DNA of 64,000 nt from Eledone cirrhosa (GCA_964016885.1 OZ024741.1:376526001-376590000), one strand, 5' to 3'; positions 45,201-59,700 are shown, numbered from the stretch's first letter. Notes: generated from the letters alone by a model not told the origin. Made by a program: numbers and translations.

Positions 45201-47249
45201 ATACTCATCTTTTTCCATTTATCTGAGGGTTCTAAACCCCGTTATCAAGCTAAAATTCATTTAGTTAAAAATACGGTGAAAGCTATATATTTTCTAATAT
45301 ATATATATATATATATGTATGTGTATGTGTGTGTATATTTATGCGTGGTTGGTTGTTCCATTTGTATAAAATACACACAGGCAGACATAGAAACAAACAA
45401 CACAAACAAACTGATATCCAAACACACAGGAGAAGATTTTTTTAATTTTTCATTTTATTTCTAATCATATTTAGAGTACATGGAATATTAAAGCGACTTT
45501 TTATTGGTTTTGGAAATATGAAAATCATGTGCCAACCCTTATCTATGGGCATGAATCTTGGGTAATATCTATCACGAATACAAGCCTAAATGGAATTCTT
45601 CCGAAGGGTCTTTGAAGTAATGTTACTCGACAAAGTGCGTAACTTGGAGATCAGAGTGTCACTCCAGGTAAAGCCGCTACTTTCACAGCCCCAGTAAGAG
45701 CATGTGGTTAGAATGTCTCAGGAAAGAATCGCCGGATAGATTTTAAAACAAACCCAACCGGCAGGAGACTCAAGGGTAAAACTCGAACAAGAGAGTTAGA
45801 TAAAATCCATGAGCTTGGCTGGTCACGCTTGGGGATCCAGCCGAATCCTTTGCGGACAGTTGCTTCTGATAGGACACAATAGAAGAAAAAGAAGAAGAAG
45901 AAGAAGAAGTATTTAACTTGAATTTCATATGAATAACCTAAACATGGGACTTGTCCGACGGTCTAACAACGTAGCTAATTATACCAAAAAATTAACTACA
46001 TCTAAATAAAAATGTTTTGTGACATTAGTTCAAATTTCATGATTTAACTATAAGTTATATTTGAAATATATATTATATGATGTTGGAATCTCGAATGTTA
46101 TTGATCGTAGCTTCGTTCAAATTCGGCACTACTGATGTATTACTTCAGCAACGGTTAATTTTTGTAGTAATATCTCATCAATTTTCTGTGCCAATTTCTA
46201 GTATGGCTAAGTGAGCCATTCATATATATTCCGTACGCATGGCAGTAAATTATATTAAAGGATTAAATATCACTCAGTCATATTTGAACATAAATGATTT
46301 CCAAATGTTGTCAACTATTGTAAGCACATTTACAACTTACAGGTATTGAAAAATCGAATCTCTTTGGTGTCACCAGTTGAACATTATATTAGTTAGGATG
46401 ACATGTGAACCCCCATTATAAAACTTGATGCATACGAAAATCTTTTTACATGGTCTTAATTATATGGTGGTATCATGTGTTCAATAGTAGAGCCTTTTTG
46501 ATTAGTACATAAAAGTATGTTGTAGTAGTTGTTCATTAATATAGAGAATCGCGGACAATGTTTTTATTTTCTAAATGAAGTCGTAAAATTATATTTAAAT
46601 GGGAATGCTGTCAATAAAATACATATTTGGGAGGATTTAAGTTAGAAATAACTGATGGAACCAACACTCTGGTTGCAGAGACAGCTAATATCACGCAACA
46701 GTTGAAAGTATGTGAACCATAGAAGACACCAATTTACCAAGAAGGAAATATCATGTTTGGACACTAAATGAAATTTAAAACAGAATACCAGAACACTTCA
46801 CTAAAATTTAAATTCAAAATTAATTGCTCATTACTAATGGAAACCTTGCATCTCAGTGATGTGCTGGTTAAGGTGTCTAATAATCATGTGTTAATCACTT
46901 GTAGAATATTGAGCTTTCGGAAATTCAATTTAACTTCAATTTTAAAAGTTCTAAACAGTCGCTAGTGAAATATTACGGTCCACGTAGAGAAGCTTTCAGT
47001 CATCCAGCTAATCCACAGCAAATATTTCATACTTCTTTCTATTTTTCACCAAAGTGTATTTTCACATGAATATATATCCAATATATTGCAAGTCTATTGT
47101 ATGCAAAACGCTGGTAATATTGTTAAAAGGTCCAGCACCATACAAGTTAATTTGGACTGTCTTCTTGGCTATGCTATATGCTATATATACGCATATCAAT
47201 AAAACCTTGACTCACACAGATGTGTCTGTGGAACATCAAGCATGAGTAA

Positions 47250-47602
47250 TGAAAAAGTGACTCGCTGGGAAGAAAAACTTAACAACCTCCCATCTGTAAC
47301 AAAATGGAACTAAAGGCGAGTGCGACCCCCCCCCCCCGGTTAGATACAGACTATGCAATATGGAAATGCCTCAACAGACTAAGCTCTGGGTTGGACGTGC
47401 AAAAGTCAATATTGCAAAGGATGAGGACGTTGTGTGTGACTGGGGCATCGAACGACAGACTACACAGCACCTCCTGATATGCTCACTGTACAGCATTGAA
47501 CTTGGCAGAGTTTAATGAGAAAGAACAACAATGCATTCATTTGTGGTGGAACCACATTTGGCCAAGCTCTGTAACTGACACTCTTGTGGACACGATAAGA
47601 AG
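47250..47602 (+). mobile_element. Decayed I-group (Ingi/Vingi-like) LINE 3' end
   Basis: Reads WKCLNRLSSG..GRAKVNI..CD.G.E.QTTQHLLIC and ends ggacacgataagaaga. Confidence 0.55.
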
Positions 47603-48065
47603 AGGATCTCTCAAATTACAATGTCTTAAGGAATAGATTAGGCATTGGAAACTGTGGTTCTTATACAAAATACAATGTATGTTAGAAAAGCTGATGGCTT
47701 TTATGTATGAATAACTACTCTACTATATTGAATATCCAATTCAAAATTTAATGTAGTTCCCTGTTATTTGATACAAAGAAACCGAAATGAATAAAAGAAT
47801 ACATTTGAATTAGAAGTAAAAAAGAAATTAGATAATATAATTTCCCTTCAATAATCTACAAAATCGAAATATATAAGCATACTTGAATTAGTTTGTGCAT
47901 CTGTTAATCTAGCAGTTTTCTACAACGGTTGAAATGAACACGTCAAACTGAGAGCTTAAGGATATTTTCAACTTCTATTTTTGCTCACTCTCTTTCATTT
48001 TCTCTTTCACTCACAATATATCAATCTCTCTCTGTCCCTGTCTCTGTCTCTCTCTCTCTCTCCCC

Positions 48066-48103
<38 letters not shown>

Positions 48104-48120
48104 CTATCTATTTCTCTATC

Positions 48121-48171
<51 letters not shown>

Positions 48172-49112
48172 TATTGTGTATTACAATTTGAGATGAATAT
48201 ATCATCATGCGTCACTTATATTTATCCCTATTGTCTTAATATAAGCTCTGTTCGTTAGCAAGATGTTCTGGAACACGGCATAATGAAATATATATATAAC
48301 GCATCGGTAGTAATTCATAATATATATGTTCAATGCATTGTTTATTTAAATTCACACTGAATTCGTCATCAATCTTAACTGCTTTATTTATTTTATTAAC
48401 TTTCTACAATATATATTCTAGAACAACTAAAGCAATAGAATGTTTATATATGGTATCGATGCCTTTTACTGTCATGTTGTCTTAACTATTTTAAATCTTA
48501 TTGAATTATCTACATTATCTCTAATGTATGATAACATTTTTAACGTTCCCTGATGAATTTTGTCAAACAAGTTGATAAGTAAATATATAAAAGAGAATGT
48601 AACGAAATGAACAGCCGGGGACGAAATAATACAATTATATATGGACACGGAGAAAAATTGGCATTTTGTGTATACATGATTCTTCAGCGCTGCAACGATT
48701 TTTTTATGGTTGGCAGACATTAGGAGCCGATGAGTTCTTAAGAATTTGCTTGGGTTCAAGTAATCTTGAGTGGTTAACTAAATCACGTTTGGAATTGTGC
48801 CCAATAGAAGAAATTAGCTTTTTTGTATATATTCCAAAATATATAACATCATGCGTGTTACAAAATATTGTCATACTTGCAGTCAAAGTTAATCGTTTTC
48901 ACGAGTTGAAATTTTGTAGATTTTATAAGATATCTATATAAAATGAGTGTCGTGCTCCCGAGTATGGGGTTTTTCAGGGTACCTTCATCAACAGTGAGAG
49001 AGAAAGATAGAGAGGAAGAGATAGTGGTTGCGAAAGAATTACTTGAAAGAGAGACATAGAGAGAGAGGGGGGGAGAATGAAAGAGAGAAAGAGAGAGAGC
49101 TGGTGTTGTTGT

Positions 49113-49143
<31 letters not shown>

Positions 49144-49150
49144 GCGAGTG

Positions 49151-49183
<33 letters not shown>

Positions 49184-49772
49184 ATATGTGTGTGTCTATG
49201 ACCAGTGTATATAGATCACAGACACCCACACACACATATATATATATACACACACACATACATATACAAACACACACGTATATATATATGGGCGTTCCAG
49301 TTTCATTTCATATTATATACATTTCTTTGTATATTTTAATTATTTAAAAATTATTGTTAAGTGAACATGATTTAAAAAAAATACTTTGAAGTGAACGTGA
49401 CACAACGGCTCACGGGTGGTTTAGTAATCAACAAAAAATGAGAATATATGAACCCATTTCTATATTAATTATAACATATGTAAACAAGAATATATAAATA
49501 GGTGTTTTCATGTGTCTATGGGTGTATATGTTTGTGGAGTTTGATTACGTACATGTGTGCTTGCTTATATAACTAGATATAAAATCACAACATTTAATAA
49601 CAATGAATACGCAGAGAACTTAATTATATGTAGAATATCTTCCAATCTAAAGTTTTATTCAATCCTGTCACGGAGATGTTTGACTAACAGAACCTTCTAC
49701 TCGAAGAAACAGGGGTATATTTAACATTCGAAAACGATGTATAATCCGGAACAGGGTAAACAATCTTCAGGC

Positions 49773-49804
<32 letters not shown>

Positions 49805-50127
49805 GAAGAGCGTGAAGGGGGGGGGGGTCATTCTACTGACATGGTTTATAAAACACGCTGTTAGCATAATTGCAAACGAATGGAATATTCTAAAAACTCA
49901 GATTACATTTATTGTATTTAGCCATGTAGAGCAATAACTAGTTGTTAGTTATGAATATATGTATATATGTATATATATATATATATATACATATGTATAT
50001 ATATATATATATATTTATATATAGAGAAAATTGAGGTTGGTAATGGCACATGGAATATATAAGAGACAGAATACTTTTTTGTGAAAAAACATAATTTTAT
50101 AAGGTAAGGAAATAATAAAGGGTATAA

Positions 50128-50175
50128 AAAATGACCGGTTTCGATGGGTCTGCAAAAGCCATCTTTTCAAATGTT
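50128..50175 (-). ncRNA. Hammerhead-like motif, UUGAAAA (U3-A8) core
   Basis: aacat-ttgaaaa-gatgg..ccatc-GAAA-ccgg-tc-atttt; palindromic stem III accggt, GUC site. Confidence 0.6.
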
Positions 50176-50370
50176 GATTAATATTAAGAAAAATTAATAA
50201 TACGAAGAGTTAAAATTTGAGACTTGAAAATTCAAGTATAAAATTCATTGTGGGATTTCATAGCAGTTTTCATCTAGGTAGCAACAACAGGTTGACTGCT
50301 GTGTCCCTTTCTGGTAGTGAATGAGAAGTTATTTGGGATGTGGGTTATTTTATAAAGGTCAGATTTAGCA

Positions 50371-50450
<80 letters not shown>

Positions 50451-50477
50451 GTTAAATAAATAAATATATAAATATAT

Positions 50478-51460
50478 CATCATCATCATCATCATCGTTT
50501 AACGTCCATGTTCCACGCTTGCATGGGTTAGGACGGGAGTTTTCCCACTTGAGGCAAGAGTGGTTGTCTTGCTCGCATAGGACTGTCTGGCAGGTTTTCT
50601 ACGGCTGGATGCCCTTCCTAACACCAACCACATTTACAGTGTGGGGCTGGGAGGTTTTTACCGTGTTGCCTACACGGCCACATTACAGCGTGGACTGTCT
50701 GGCGGGTTTTCTACAGCTGGATGCCCTTCCTAACACCAACCACATTTACAGTATGGGGCTGAGAGGTTTTTACCGTGTTGCCTACATGGTCACATTACAG
50801 CGTGGACTGTGTGTTTTTTTGTCGTGACACCTACACGATCTCATTTGTTTCGGCCTGGATTTTGTGGCACCAACATAACTTTACATTGAAAGGGGCGGTG
50901 TGGATGGGTGGGTGGGGGTGGGACGGGAGTGTATTTTGTTAGAGATGCCTACTGACTGTAGTAGGTTTTACTTTGTATTTAGGTAAGGCGGGTCTTCTCT
51001 ATTACTGAGTACCGCCAAAGGTCTCGGTCCAGTGACATTGTCTTGGAGAGGTGTAAGTGTGTGAGGTCGGAATTTATCAGCTCGTCCCAGGTTTTTCTGG
51101 GTCTGCCTACTCCGTGGCCACCGTCTATCTTTATTGCCCTGCACTTTGCTATACAGCTGTCGTCTTTCATGCGCATCACGTGACCATACCAACGTAGCCT
51201 TCTCTCGAGTTAACAACATCTGATCCCTCTTATTTCTAATTTTTTCCTTAGTTCGTTTATGCTTTGCCGTTCGCGTATATTACTATTACACATCCAGCGG
51301 AGCATGCAAGCTTCGTTCCTCTCTAGTCTGCGTATATCCTCTGCACACAATGCCCAGGTCTCACTGCCATGCAACATTGCTGTTCGTATGCAGGCACACT
51401 GCCATGCAACATTGCTGTTCGTATGCAGGCACTGCCATGAATCATTGCTGTTCGTATGCA
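50478..51460 (-). mobile_element. RTE-clade LINE 3' fragment with 3' UTR and (GAT)n tail
   Basis: AMLHGSETWAL..RRLERNEACMLRWMC, GRPRKTWDELI; (CAT)n at 50478-50496; internal ~112-bp duplication. Confidence 0.85.
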
Positions 51461-51484
51461 TATATATATATATATATATATATA

Positions 51485-52083
51485 CTAGCAGATGTACTCC
51501 GCGTTGCTCGGGAAATGAATGACAGCCTGTTTGTCCGTATAAAGAGATCCAAACGTTGAGCAAAGAATTGAAATGTAATTGTAAAAAAAAGTTTAATAAA
51601 ATGGGTGTACAGTGAAATGATTGAGTGAAATAAACGTCAACATAAAAACAATTCATGGGGTAGCTTGAGTTAATTAACGTGAATGATTTCAAATCCGGCC
51701 TTGCTGTAGTAGAGTAAGAGGATAAAGATGGAATAGACGCACCGTGTGTCTTTCAGTAGACTAAACCCTATGCGTAAGATGGCGCTGCCACTACCACGTT
51801 GACCATCCACTGGACATAGAAATATCATTCCTTGAAGCAAATCGGCCTAGTACTTCAAAGGTTAAAAGGAGCCTAGTATTTTATACCCAGACAGATACAC
51901 ACACAAAATCGATTTTTCGGCCCCAATATCCTTTTTTTTCAAATTTCCTCTTGCATATAACCAATACATGTGCCAAATTTGGTTGAAATTGGCCTAGTAC
52001 TTCAAAAGTTAAAAGGAGCCTAGTATTTGTACACAGACAGACACAGAGACACACAGACCGACTTGCTTTTATATATATATAGA
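51485..52083 (-). mobile_element. Non-autonomous Helitron
   Basis: Minus strand starts TC-tatatatatataaaag and ends in a GC-rich hairpin region (cgagcaacgcggagta) followed by CTAG|T. Confidence 0.7.
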
Positions 52084-52247
52084 TATATATATATATACAT
52101 ATATACATATATATACATACATACATAGACGCACACATTTCAAATCAACGCGCTCTCTCTCTCTCTCTCTCTCTCCCTCTCTCTCTCTCTCTGTGTTTTT
52201 CTCTCTCTCCCACTCTCTCTCTCTCCCTTTCTTTCTCTTTCTCTGTT

Positions 52248-52296
<49 letters not shown>

Positions 52297-52424
52297 CATA
52301 CGTACACATACATATCACTCTTTCACTTTCCCTCTTTCTCTCTCTCTCTATATATATATCTATAAATCCAAGCAAATATTCACACACACACACACATACA
52401 CACACATATATATATATATATATG

Positions 52425-52585
52425 AGAAAATATTTAACCCCGACGGCAGAGCTCAAGCCGTTTCAAAACAGCTTGAGCTCTGCCGTAGGGATTAAATATT
52501 TTCCTATTACCCACTCTACTACCCTAAGTATTGCGGACTCTGGTGTGTTATGGTCCATCTGGTTCCTTACCACACCTCCTTCGTT
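52425..52585. repeat. Mini fold-back fragment of the pLTR family at 29340-29470
   Basis: cggcagagctcaagc mirrored by gcttgagctctgccg, then cctattacccactctactaccctaagtattg. Confidence 0.8.
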
Positions 52586-52627
52586 ATATATATATATATA
52601 TATATACACCTGTTCCAGCCTATAAAC

Positions 52628-52678
<51 letters not shown>

Positions 52679-52682
<4 letters not shown>

Positions 52683-54758
52683 TACTTTGGGAGGGTCATG
52701 TTGCCAATAAGAAACACACGCACCAGTCGTTTTCACTTCAATTTATTAAAATACATTTATAAATTTAGGAATTTATAAATTTCTGGTTGGTTGGTTGGTT
52801 CGACAACCAGGTAGTTGTTTATATATTGTCAAAGTTCTTGCGTCACAGATTCTGTGACCTCTTCAGTGACTGGGGATTCTTTTCTTTGTTTTTGTGCTTC
52901 TCCTTTGTGGTGTCCTACACCATTTTGTTTCTCTGCGTGTGTTGTGTGCTCAGTCTGCGCATGCGCCACATCCGGGTGTCTGTGTGTGTTTATATTCGTG
53001 TATTTATTTGTTTATTTACATGTTACCGGTTGGTTGTTTTTTCTATGTGCGTGTGTGTTTTCATTTTGTCCTTAATTGTAAGTTGTCATGTTGCTGTTCC
53101 ACTCATATTTTCTATTTAATTTTGGCTGTAATTCTTTTATGTTTATTGCCTCTGTGATTTGTTTAAACATTGCGTCTTTTCTGTGTGTAGATTCTATTTT
53201 TATTTCTATGTTCTCTAATTTACCCTTATGTTCTATTTTAGCATGTTGGTAGAGTACATATGATTCTTTACTATCTTGAAGGTCTCGCCAGTGTTCAGTT
53301 ATCCGTTCCCCTACACTACGAGCTGTCTCACCTATGAACACTATATTTTTGTCTCTACATTGTCCTTCAGTACATCTTATGCTATATACTACATTTCTAG
53401 TTTTACAGTTAATATGGGGGCTTATTTTACAGGTTATACATTTCTTATCTATACAGGGGGTCTTTGAAAAGGGTTGTCTTGCTAATAAGTGTTTTTACGG
53501 AGGTACCTGGTCTTTCTACTATCTTAATATTGAGTTTATGTTTATCTAGGGCCCTTCTAAATTTGTAAGCTAATTCACCTCTAGGGGTTGTATCGATGAA
53601 CATTACACTCTGGTATTTATTGCTATCATACCATGAGTTTATTATGGCTTTGCCAAACCCATGACTTCCAAACATCTGATCCAGGAGCAAATTTTGGAAT
53701 AGAATAGAAAGAACCATGAATAGGGCTAATAGAATAAACTCATGGTATGATAGCAATAAATACCAGAGTGTAATGTTCATCGATACAACCCCTAGAGGTG
53801 AATTAGCTTACAAATTTAGAAGGGCCCTAGATAAACATAAACTGAATATTAAGATAGTAGAAAGACCAGGTACCTCCGTAAAAACACTTATTGGCAAGAC
53901 ATACCCTTTTCAAAGACACCACTGTATAGATAAGAAATGTATAACCTGTAAAATAAGCCCCCATATTAACTGTAAAACTAGAAATGTAGTATATAGCATA
54001 AGATGTACTGAAGGACAATGTAGAGACAAAAATATAGTGTACATAGGTGAGACGGCTCGTAGTGTAGTGGAACGGATAAATGAACACTGGCGAGACCTTC
54101 AAGATAGTAAAGAATCATCTGTACTCTACCAACATGCTAAAATAGAACATAAGGGTAAATTAGAGGACATAGAAATAAAAATAGAATCTACACACAGAAA
54201 AGACGCAATGTATAGACAAATCACAGAGGCAATAAACATAAAAGAATTACAACCAAAATTAAATAGAAAATATGAATGGAACAGCAACATGACAACTTAC
54301 AATTAAGGACAAAATGAAAACACACACGCACATAGAACAAACAACCAACCGGTAACATGTAAATAAACAAATAAATAAACGAATATAAACACACACAGAC
54401 ACCCGGATGTGGCGCATGCGCAGACTGAGCACACAACACACACAGAGAAACAAAATGGCGTAGGAGAGAACAAAGGAGAGGCACAAAAACAAAGAAAATA
54501 ATCCCCAGTCACTGAAGAGGTCACAGAATGTGTGACGAAAGAACCTTGACAATATATAAACAACTACCTGGTTGTCGAACCAACCAACCAACCAGAAATT
54601 TATAAATTCCTAAATTTATAAATTTATTATAATAAATTGAAGTGAAAGCAACTGGTGCGTGTGTTTCTTATTGGCAACATGACCCTCCCAAAGTATAACA
54701 ATATTTGTTTCAACACACGTTTTCAGATAAAGAATCTTGCTAAACAAATTCAGAAACG

Positions 54759-54760
<2 letters not shown>
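52679..54760. mobile_element. ~2 kb palindrome of a PLE 3' end (GIY-YIG EN + pLTR, Neptune-like)
   Basis: Arms 52679-53643 / 53733-54699; ORF 53716-54306 C..KCITC..NCKTRNVVYSIRC..VYIGETARS..RQITEA..PKLN. Confidence 0.92.
54508..54550 (+). ncRNA. Hammerhead (inverted copy 52828-52870); each copy has a different core lesion
   Basis: gtca-CTGAAGA-g-gtcaca..tgtgac-GAAA-gaac-(t/c)t-tgac. Confidence 0.7.
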
Positions 54761-54835
<75 letters not shown>

Positions 54836-54840
<5 letters not shown>

Positions 54841-54950
54841 CACTCTGTATCTACACCTCAACACAGAAGTGAACCTAAATATCGAGTGTTCACCCGGGTT
54901 AACCTGTTTAGGTTCACTTCTGTGTTGAGGTGTAGAGCTATACAGAGTGT

Positions 54951-54952
<2 letters not shown>
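54836..54952. repeat. Short fold-back hairpin between TA tracts
   Basis: ctacacctcaacacagaagtgaacctaaa / tttaggttcacttctgtgttgaggtgtag. Confidence 0.85.
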
Positions 54953-54979
<27 letters not shown>

Positions 54980-54984
<5 letters not shown>

Positions 54985-56775
54985 AGAAGTTTAAGAAATG
55001 GAAATGCGGGTATACAGAATTTATTAGGTAACAATTGTTTCTATAGTGTATGGGTTACCTATACCTCGCCATTTGAATAATATAAAAATATTATCATAAA
55101 CGGAAGGTACACTGTAAGCAAACACACCATGTCGTCAGACCTTTGTATTGGAATGATATGAAATTATTTTATACACTAGATAAAAGATAAAGAAGGAGGT
55201 AGGAAGAGAAGGGGAAGAGGGAAGTGAGTAAGGTGGAGGTAGTCTTAGGATTTAAGACTGTCAGACTAGTAGAGTTTGTCGGGAGAGAATGTTTTGGCAG
55301 CCAGTTAGCTTAATGAGGCGTGTTAAGGTTGGCGGGGAAAGTAAATTCTTCTAGTGGTGTTGTTCGGACAAAATTTAGTTAAAGGGTTCAAAGTGGTACA
55401 GTGTCACAGACAAGTTATTGGGGCTATTATAGTAGCAGGTTATTTCTAAAGGGGTCCAGAAAACAGTGTTTAGTACTATTATTATAGAAAGCCATATCTT
55501 GTGTATAAACATATAAAACAGAAATTTGCAAACGGTGGTGTAAAAAGGCAACATTATATGCATTTAAAAAAAGAAAAAGTCGTTTTCAAACGATGGTTAC
55601 AGTATAGAGAACGTTCAATTTTGCTGTTCAAAAGTTTGTTTACCGACGTTAAAATGCAGTATATCTCCAAATTGCATAACTTGCAGAATCGATGATTTTG
55701 CGATATGCAGGCGCAGCTGCAATAATTTGCCAATCAAAGGAGAATGCTTGATTGTTCCTCCGGAGCTGCCAGGCTTTATCGGCGAGGGTTGTTACGGAGC
55801 GCATTTTCTCGTGCCTGATCGAAGATCGATGTTGGTATAGGCGAGCCTTGAAAGAAGTTGCGGTACATCCGACGTAATACCATTTGTTGTTTCCGGAATT
55901 TATTGTACATCGGTAGACAATATTGCGTGCTAGGCACTGGTTATTCAGTGGGCACGTACCTGGTTTGGTGCAGTTACAATTATTTTTATGTTGTGCAGTA
56001 GAATCCTGGATAGTTTGGTGGTGTTGTAGTTGCGTGTTACTGCGTTGTATGTTGCTATGCTGGTGCGCTGAGTCATTAGGGATGTACTTATTCAGTATTG
56101 CTGAGTTGAGTTTTTTAATTAGTTGTTCTATGTTAGGTGCAGTGGAGTATGAGTGCGCGAGTTAAAGATTTTATAGTATTTATGTGAAGTTGTAAAGTGT
56201 TTATTGATTAGTGTATAGAATTGTGAGATAATCTTAGTGCTAATAGAATAATTGTACACGGGGTTATACCATATGTACTCTCTACGTCTGACTCTATTTG
56301 CTGGTTTGCACCTATTAGTATGCCTATTGATGTGTGTGTGTGGTGCAATACTAGTTCGACTTAGATGTGTTTTATTCATAGTACTTATGTGGTTATCGTC
56401 TAGATATTCTATTTTCTCGACGTAAAAACATTAGGAAACTTTTCTTAGAACTAGGGCTTAATATTACCTTTGAACACAATCTTAAGGTGGTTAACTTCTT
56501 GGATGTCACCTTGAACCTTAATAACGGTAATATAGAGCCATTTCACAAACTTAATGAAAATCTCAAGTACGTTAATGTAAAATCGAACCATCCTCATTCC
56601 ATTATTAAATCTATCCCTAAAAATATATCCATAAGGATCTCCCGACTGTCGTCTAATTTGCAGACCTTCAACGAGCATGCTGAATATTATAATGATGCAC
56701 ATAGAAAAGCTGGTTACTGCGAGAAATTAGAATATCTAGACGATAACCACATAAGTACTATGAATAAAACAAAGA
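54980..56775 (-). mobile_element. Penelope-like element 3' part (EN on minus) with inverted RT-thumb piece at ~56420-56775
   Basis: Minus: YIWYNPVYN..CNCTKPGTCPLNNQCLARNIVYRC..YVGCTATSFKARLYQH; plus: VNFLDVTLNL..KSNHP; ~50 bp shared in inverted orientation. Confidence 0.85.
55026..55142 (-). ncRNA. Type I hammerhead with very long stem II
   Basis: aggt-CTGACGA-c-atggtgtgt...atacactat-a-GAAA-caattg-tt-acct-aataaa; palindromic stem III acaattgt. Confidence 0.82.
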
Positions 56776-59700
56776 AAAATTCAAGTCACTCGACCGACAG
56801 ATGGACACAGAAATCTCAAGGCACCCTGAAGGCCTACTCTATGAAAAAATATTAAAACTTTAGAAAGAAAACTGTGAGGATGAAGAACTAACATCCCTCC
56901 AGCGATGGGAAAAATCGCTACCTGGTTCAACAACTACGAAATGGATTTCAAAAATGAACAACATACAGGTAACCCATTTTTAAAACAAACTAAAACTCAC
57001 ACACCACATGCACAACAAATAATAAAAAAGTAACTAAACATGCACAACAAATAACAAAAAAGTAACAAAACGTCCAACATACCCCCACCAAAACTATAAC
57101 GATAATTGCAGAAGCCATAGACAAAACTATAACCCTACTAACAAAAATCGAAGATCCCCCAACACAAGACAGGACCCAATCCGCAGATCACAACCCACAC
57201 AAAACCTATTCCAAAACCGTAGACCCCTGCACACACAGAGCCTGTTCCAAAATCGTAGATCCCAACCCACACAAAGGAACACAATCTACAACCCGGACTA
57301 TCAACAAACCGAACCTCAATACGTCCGAAACTTCTATACCAGACCGCACAACAACAGGGGAAATGCCATTAGATATAATAATACCATTGAAAAAACATTC
57401 CAGAAAAATCATTTTTTAGACCAAGGCTACAGGACCCGCGACACACGGTGGCACAAACCGATTTTGAAAAACCGAAAATAATCAACCTTTCAAATACAAA
57501 CCTCTCAGCCCAACATGTAAAAATTCTCTCCAAAGGATTGAAATTCACACCAACACCACAATACACTAACCTCAATGAGATAAATGACGATATCTCACAC
57601 TTCTGTAGAAAATTACGTCTCACAGAGGAATTCTTTGACAAGGAGAATAACGACGAATCAATTGTACGGAATAAAAGCAGCTACAACCCAACAAAAGGTA
57701 GAAACAGAGTTCTGGACAAATTTTGTGACCACATAGCCACTTTCCCATACCATGAACTAATGCAACCTAAACCCAAACCCAACACGAGTCGAAGGGAATG
57801 GGAGTTTATCCATGAACTAAAAAAACAATACGGACATTATAATTAAGGAAGCAGACAAGGGAAGTACTGTTGTCATTATGGATGCTGAAAAATATAAAAA
57901 ATTCTATGTTCTCTCTCTTACAAAATACTAATTACTATGAAAGAGTTAAAAACTACCAGCAATCAAAAACAATGACCAGATTAAACACACTGATTTGTCG
58001 AATCCAGGAAGACTTAACTAAAAAGGAACGCGATTATTTAACACATTTTGAATACAAAACCAGCAACCTTTACGGACTTCCGAAGATCCACGAGTGTAAA
58101 ATAATTAACGATGCCTGTAAACAATCCACCTCAGCCTGCGTGAACGCACAATACCTCACAGACCTTAAATTGAGACCAATTGTAGCGGGCCCACAATGTG
58201 AAACACACAGACTGAGCAACTTTATAGACATACTACTAAAACCAATTCTCAAATACATACCAAGCCTTGTAAGAGACGATCTGGACCTCTTAAACTACCT
58301 CCTCAAACATGTCAACAACGACACTATTATTGTGTCTTTCGATGTAGTGAATCTCTACACAACGATCCCATACCAATACGGACTAGAAGCAATCAAATTC
58401 TTGCTAGAGAAATATCCCAATGAGATACCTGGCAGAATAGAAAAAAGCTTCATCACCGAGGGATTAAAATTTATCTTACAGAACAACTTTTTTGATTTCG
58501 ATGGTAGTACTTACAAGCAAATATCGGGGACTGCGATGGGTACAAAAGTCGCTCCAACTTATGCCAACTTAGTCATGGCATACTTATAAGTCCAGATATG
58601 TGAACAGCCCAAATCAAAATACGGATTGAACTTCCACAAATATTTATCAGAGAATTGGAAACGCTACTTGGATGATTGTCTCATTCTTTGGTCCCACATA
58701 CTCGACCAACTGAATGATTTCAAAAACTTAATAAACAGCATCAATAACCACATCCAATTCACAATGGAATACAGCCATGATCAACACCCATTTCTGGACA
58801 TCTTAATATTAAAAAAAGACACACATATTGAAACTGACATACACTACAAACCAACAGATTCCAAACAATACCTGCTATTCACCTCCAACCATCCAAAGCA
58901 CATGAAGACGAACATTCCTTTTAACCTAGCAAGAAGAATTTGCACAATTGTCTCCAATTATGAAACGCGAACTAAAAGACTTCAAGAATTAAAGGAAATT
59001 CTACTCGAAAGACAGTACCCACCATTACTAATAAATGATGGAATAGAAAGGGCTAAAGAAATAGGCATTGAGGAATTACGAACACAGAAACAAATTCAAG
59101 GTACGTACAATATTCTATCATATATCTCAACACACAACCCAAGAGATGCGGAAGCTTACAACACTATTCACAAGAACATCCCACTACTGAAGGAAGACGC
59201 AAGAATGAAAAAAGCCCTTGAAACACACAAAATAATCAAAAACAAAAGACAACCGAAATCACTGAAAACATTACTCACCAATGCCAAATTACCTACCACA
59301 AACACACACCCAACTGTCAAAAATGTGGTCGCTCTATTGTGGAACCTGCACTCACCTCATTGAAGTCAACACGTATACATTTAAATCAGGACAAAATTTT
59401 GCTGTAAAAAATCACTTCGCTTCCTCATCAAAAAATCTGTTTATGCCATTAAATGTAAAGGACGCAATGAAGATTATATAGAACAAACTAAACTCACAAT
59501 CAGAAACAGAATGACAATTCATCGCCAACAATTACGAGATCCAACCACGAGACAGATACCTCTAAGCGCACATTTAGACATATGCGCAAGTAATAAGACA
59601 CCCAAATTCCAAGTCTTCCCATTTTACCGTTGTGCTGACAATACAAAAGAACAAATACGAATAAATAAGGAAAATATGTTTATTCAAAAATATAGACCAG

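Noticed and set aside
48472-48900. Possible decayed membrane-protein coding remnant
   Set aside because: No recognisable motif; would need tBLASTn
48958-48996. UUGAUGA-agg/cct-GAAA on minus
   Set aside because: Stems I and III not supported
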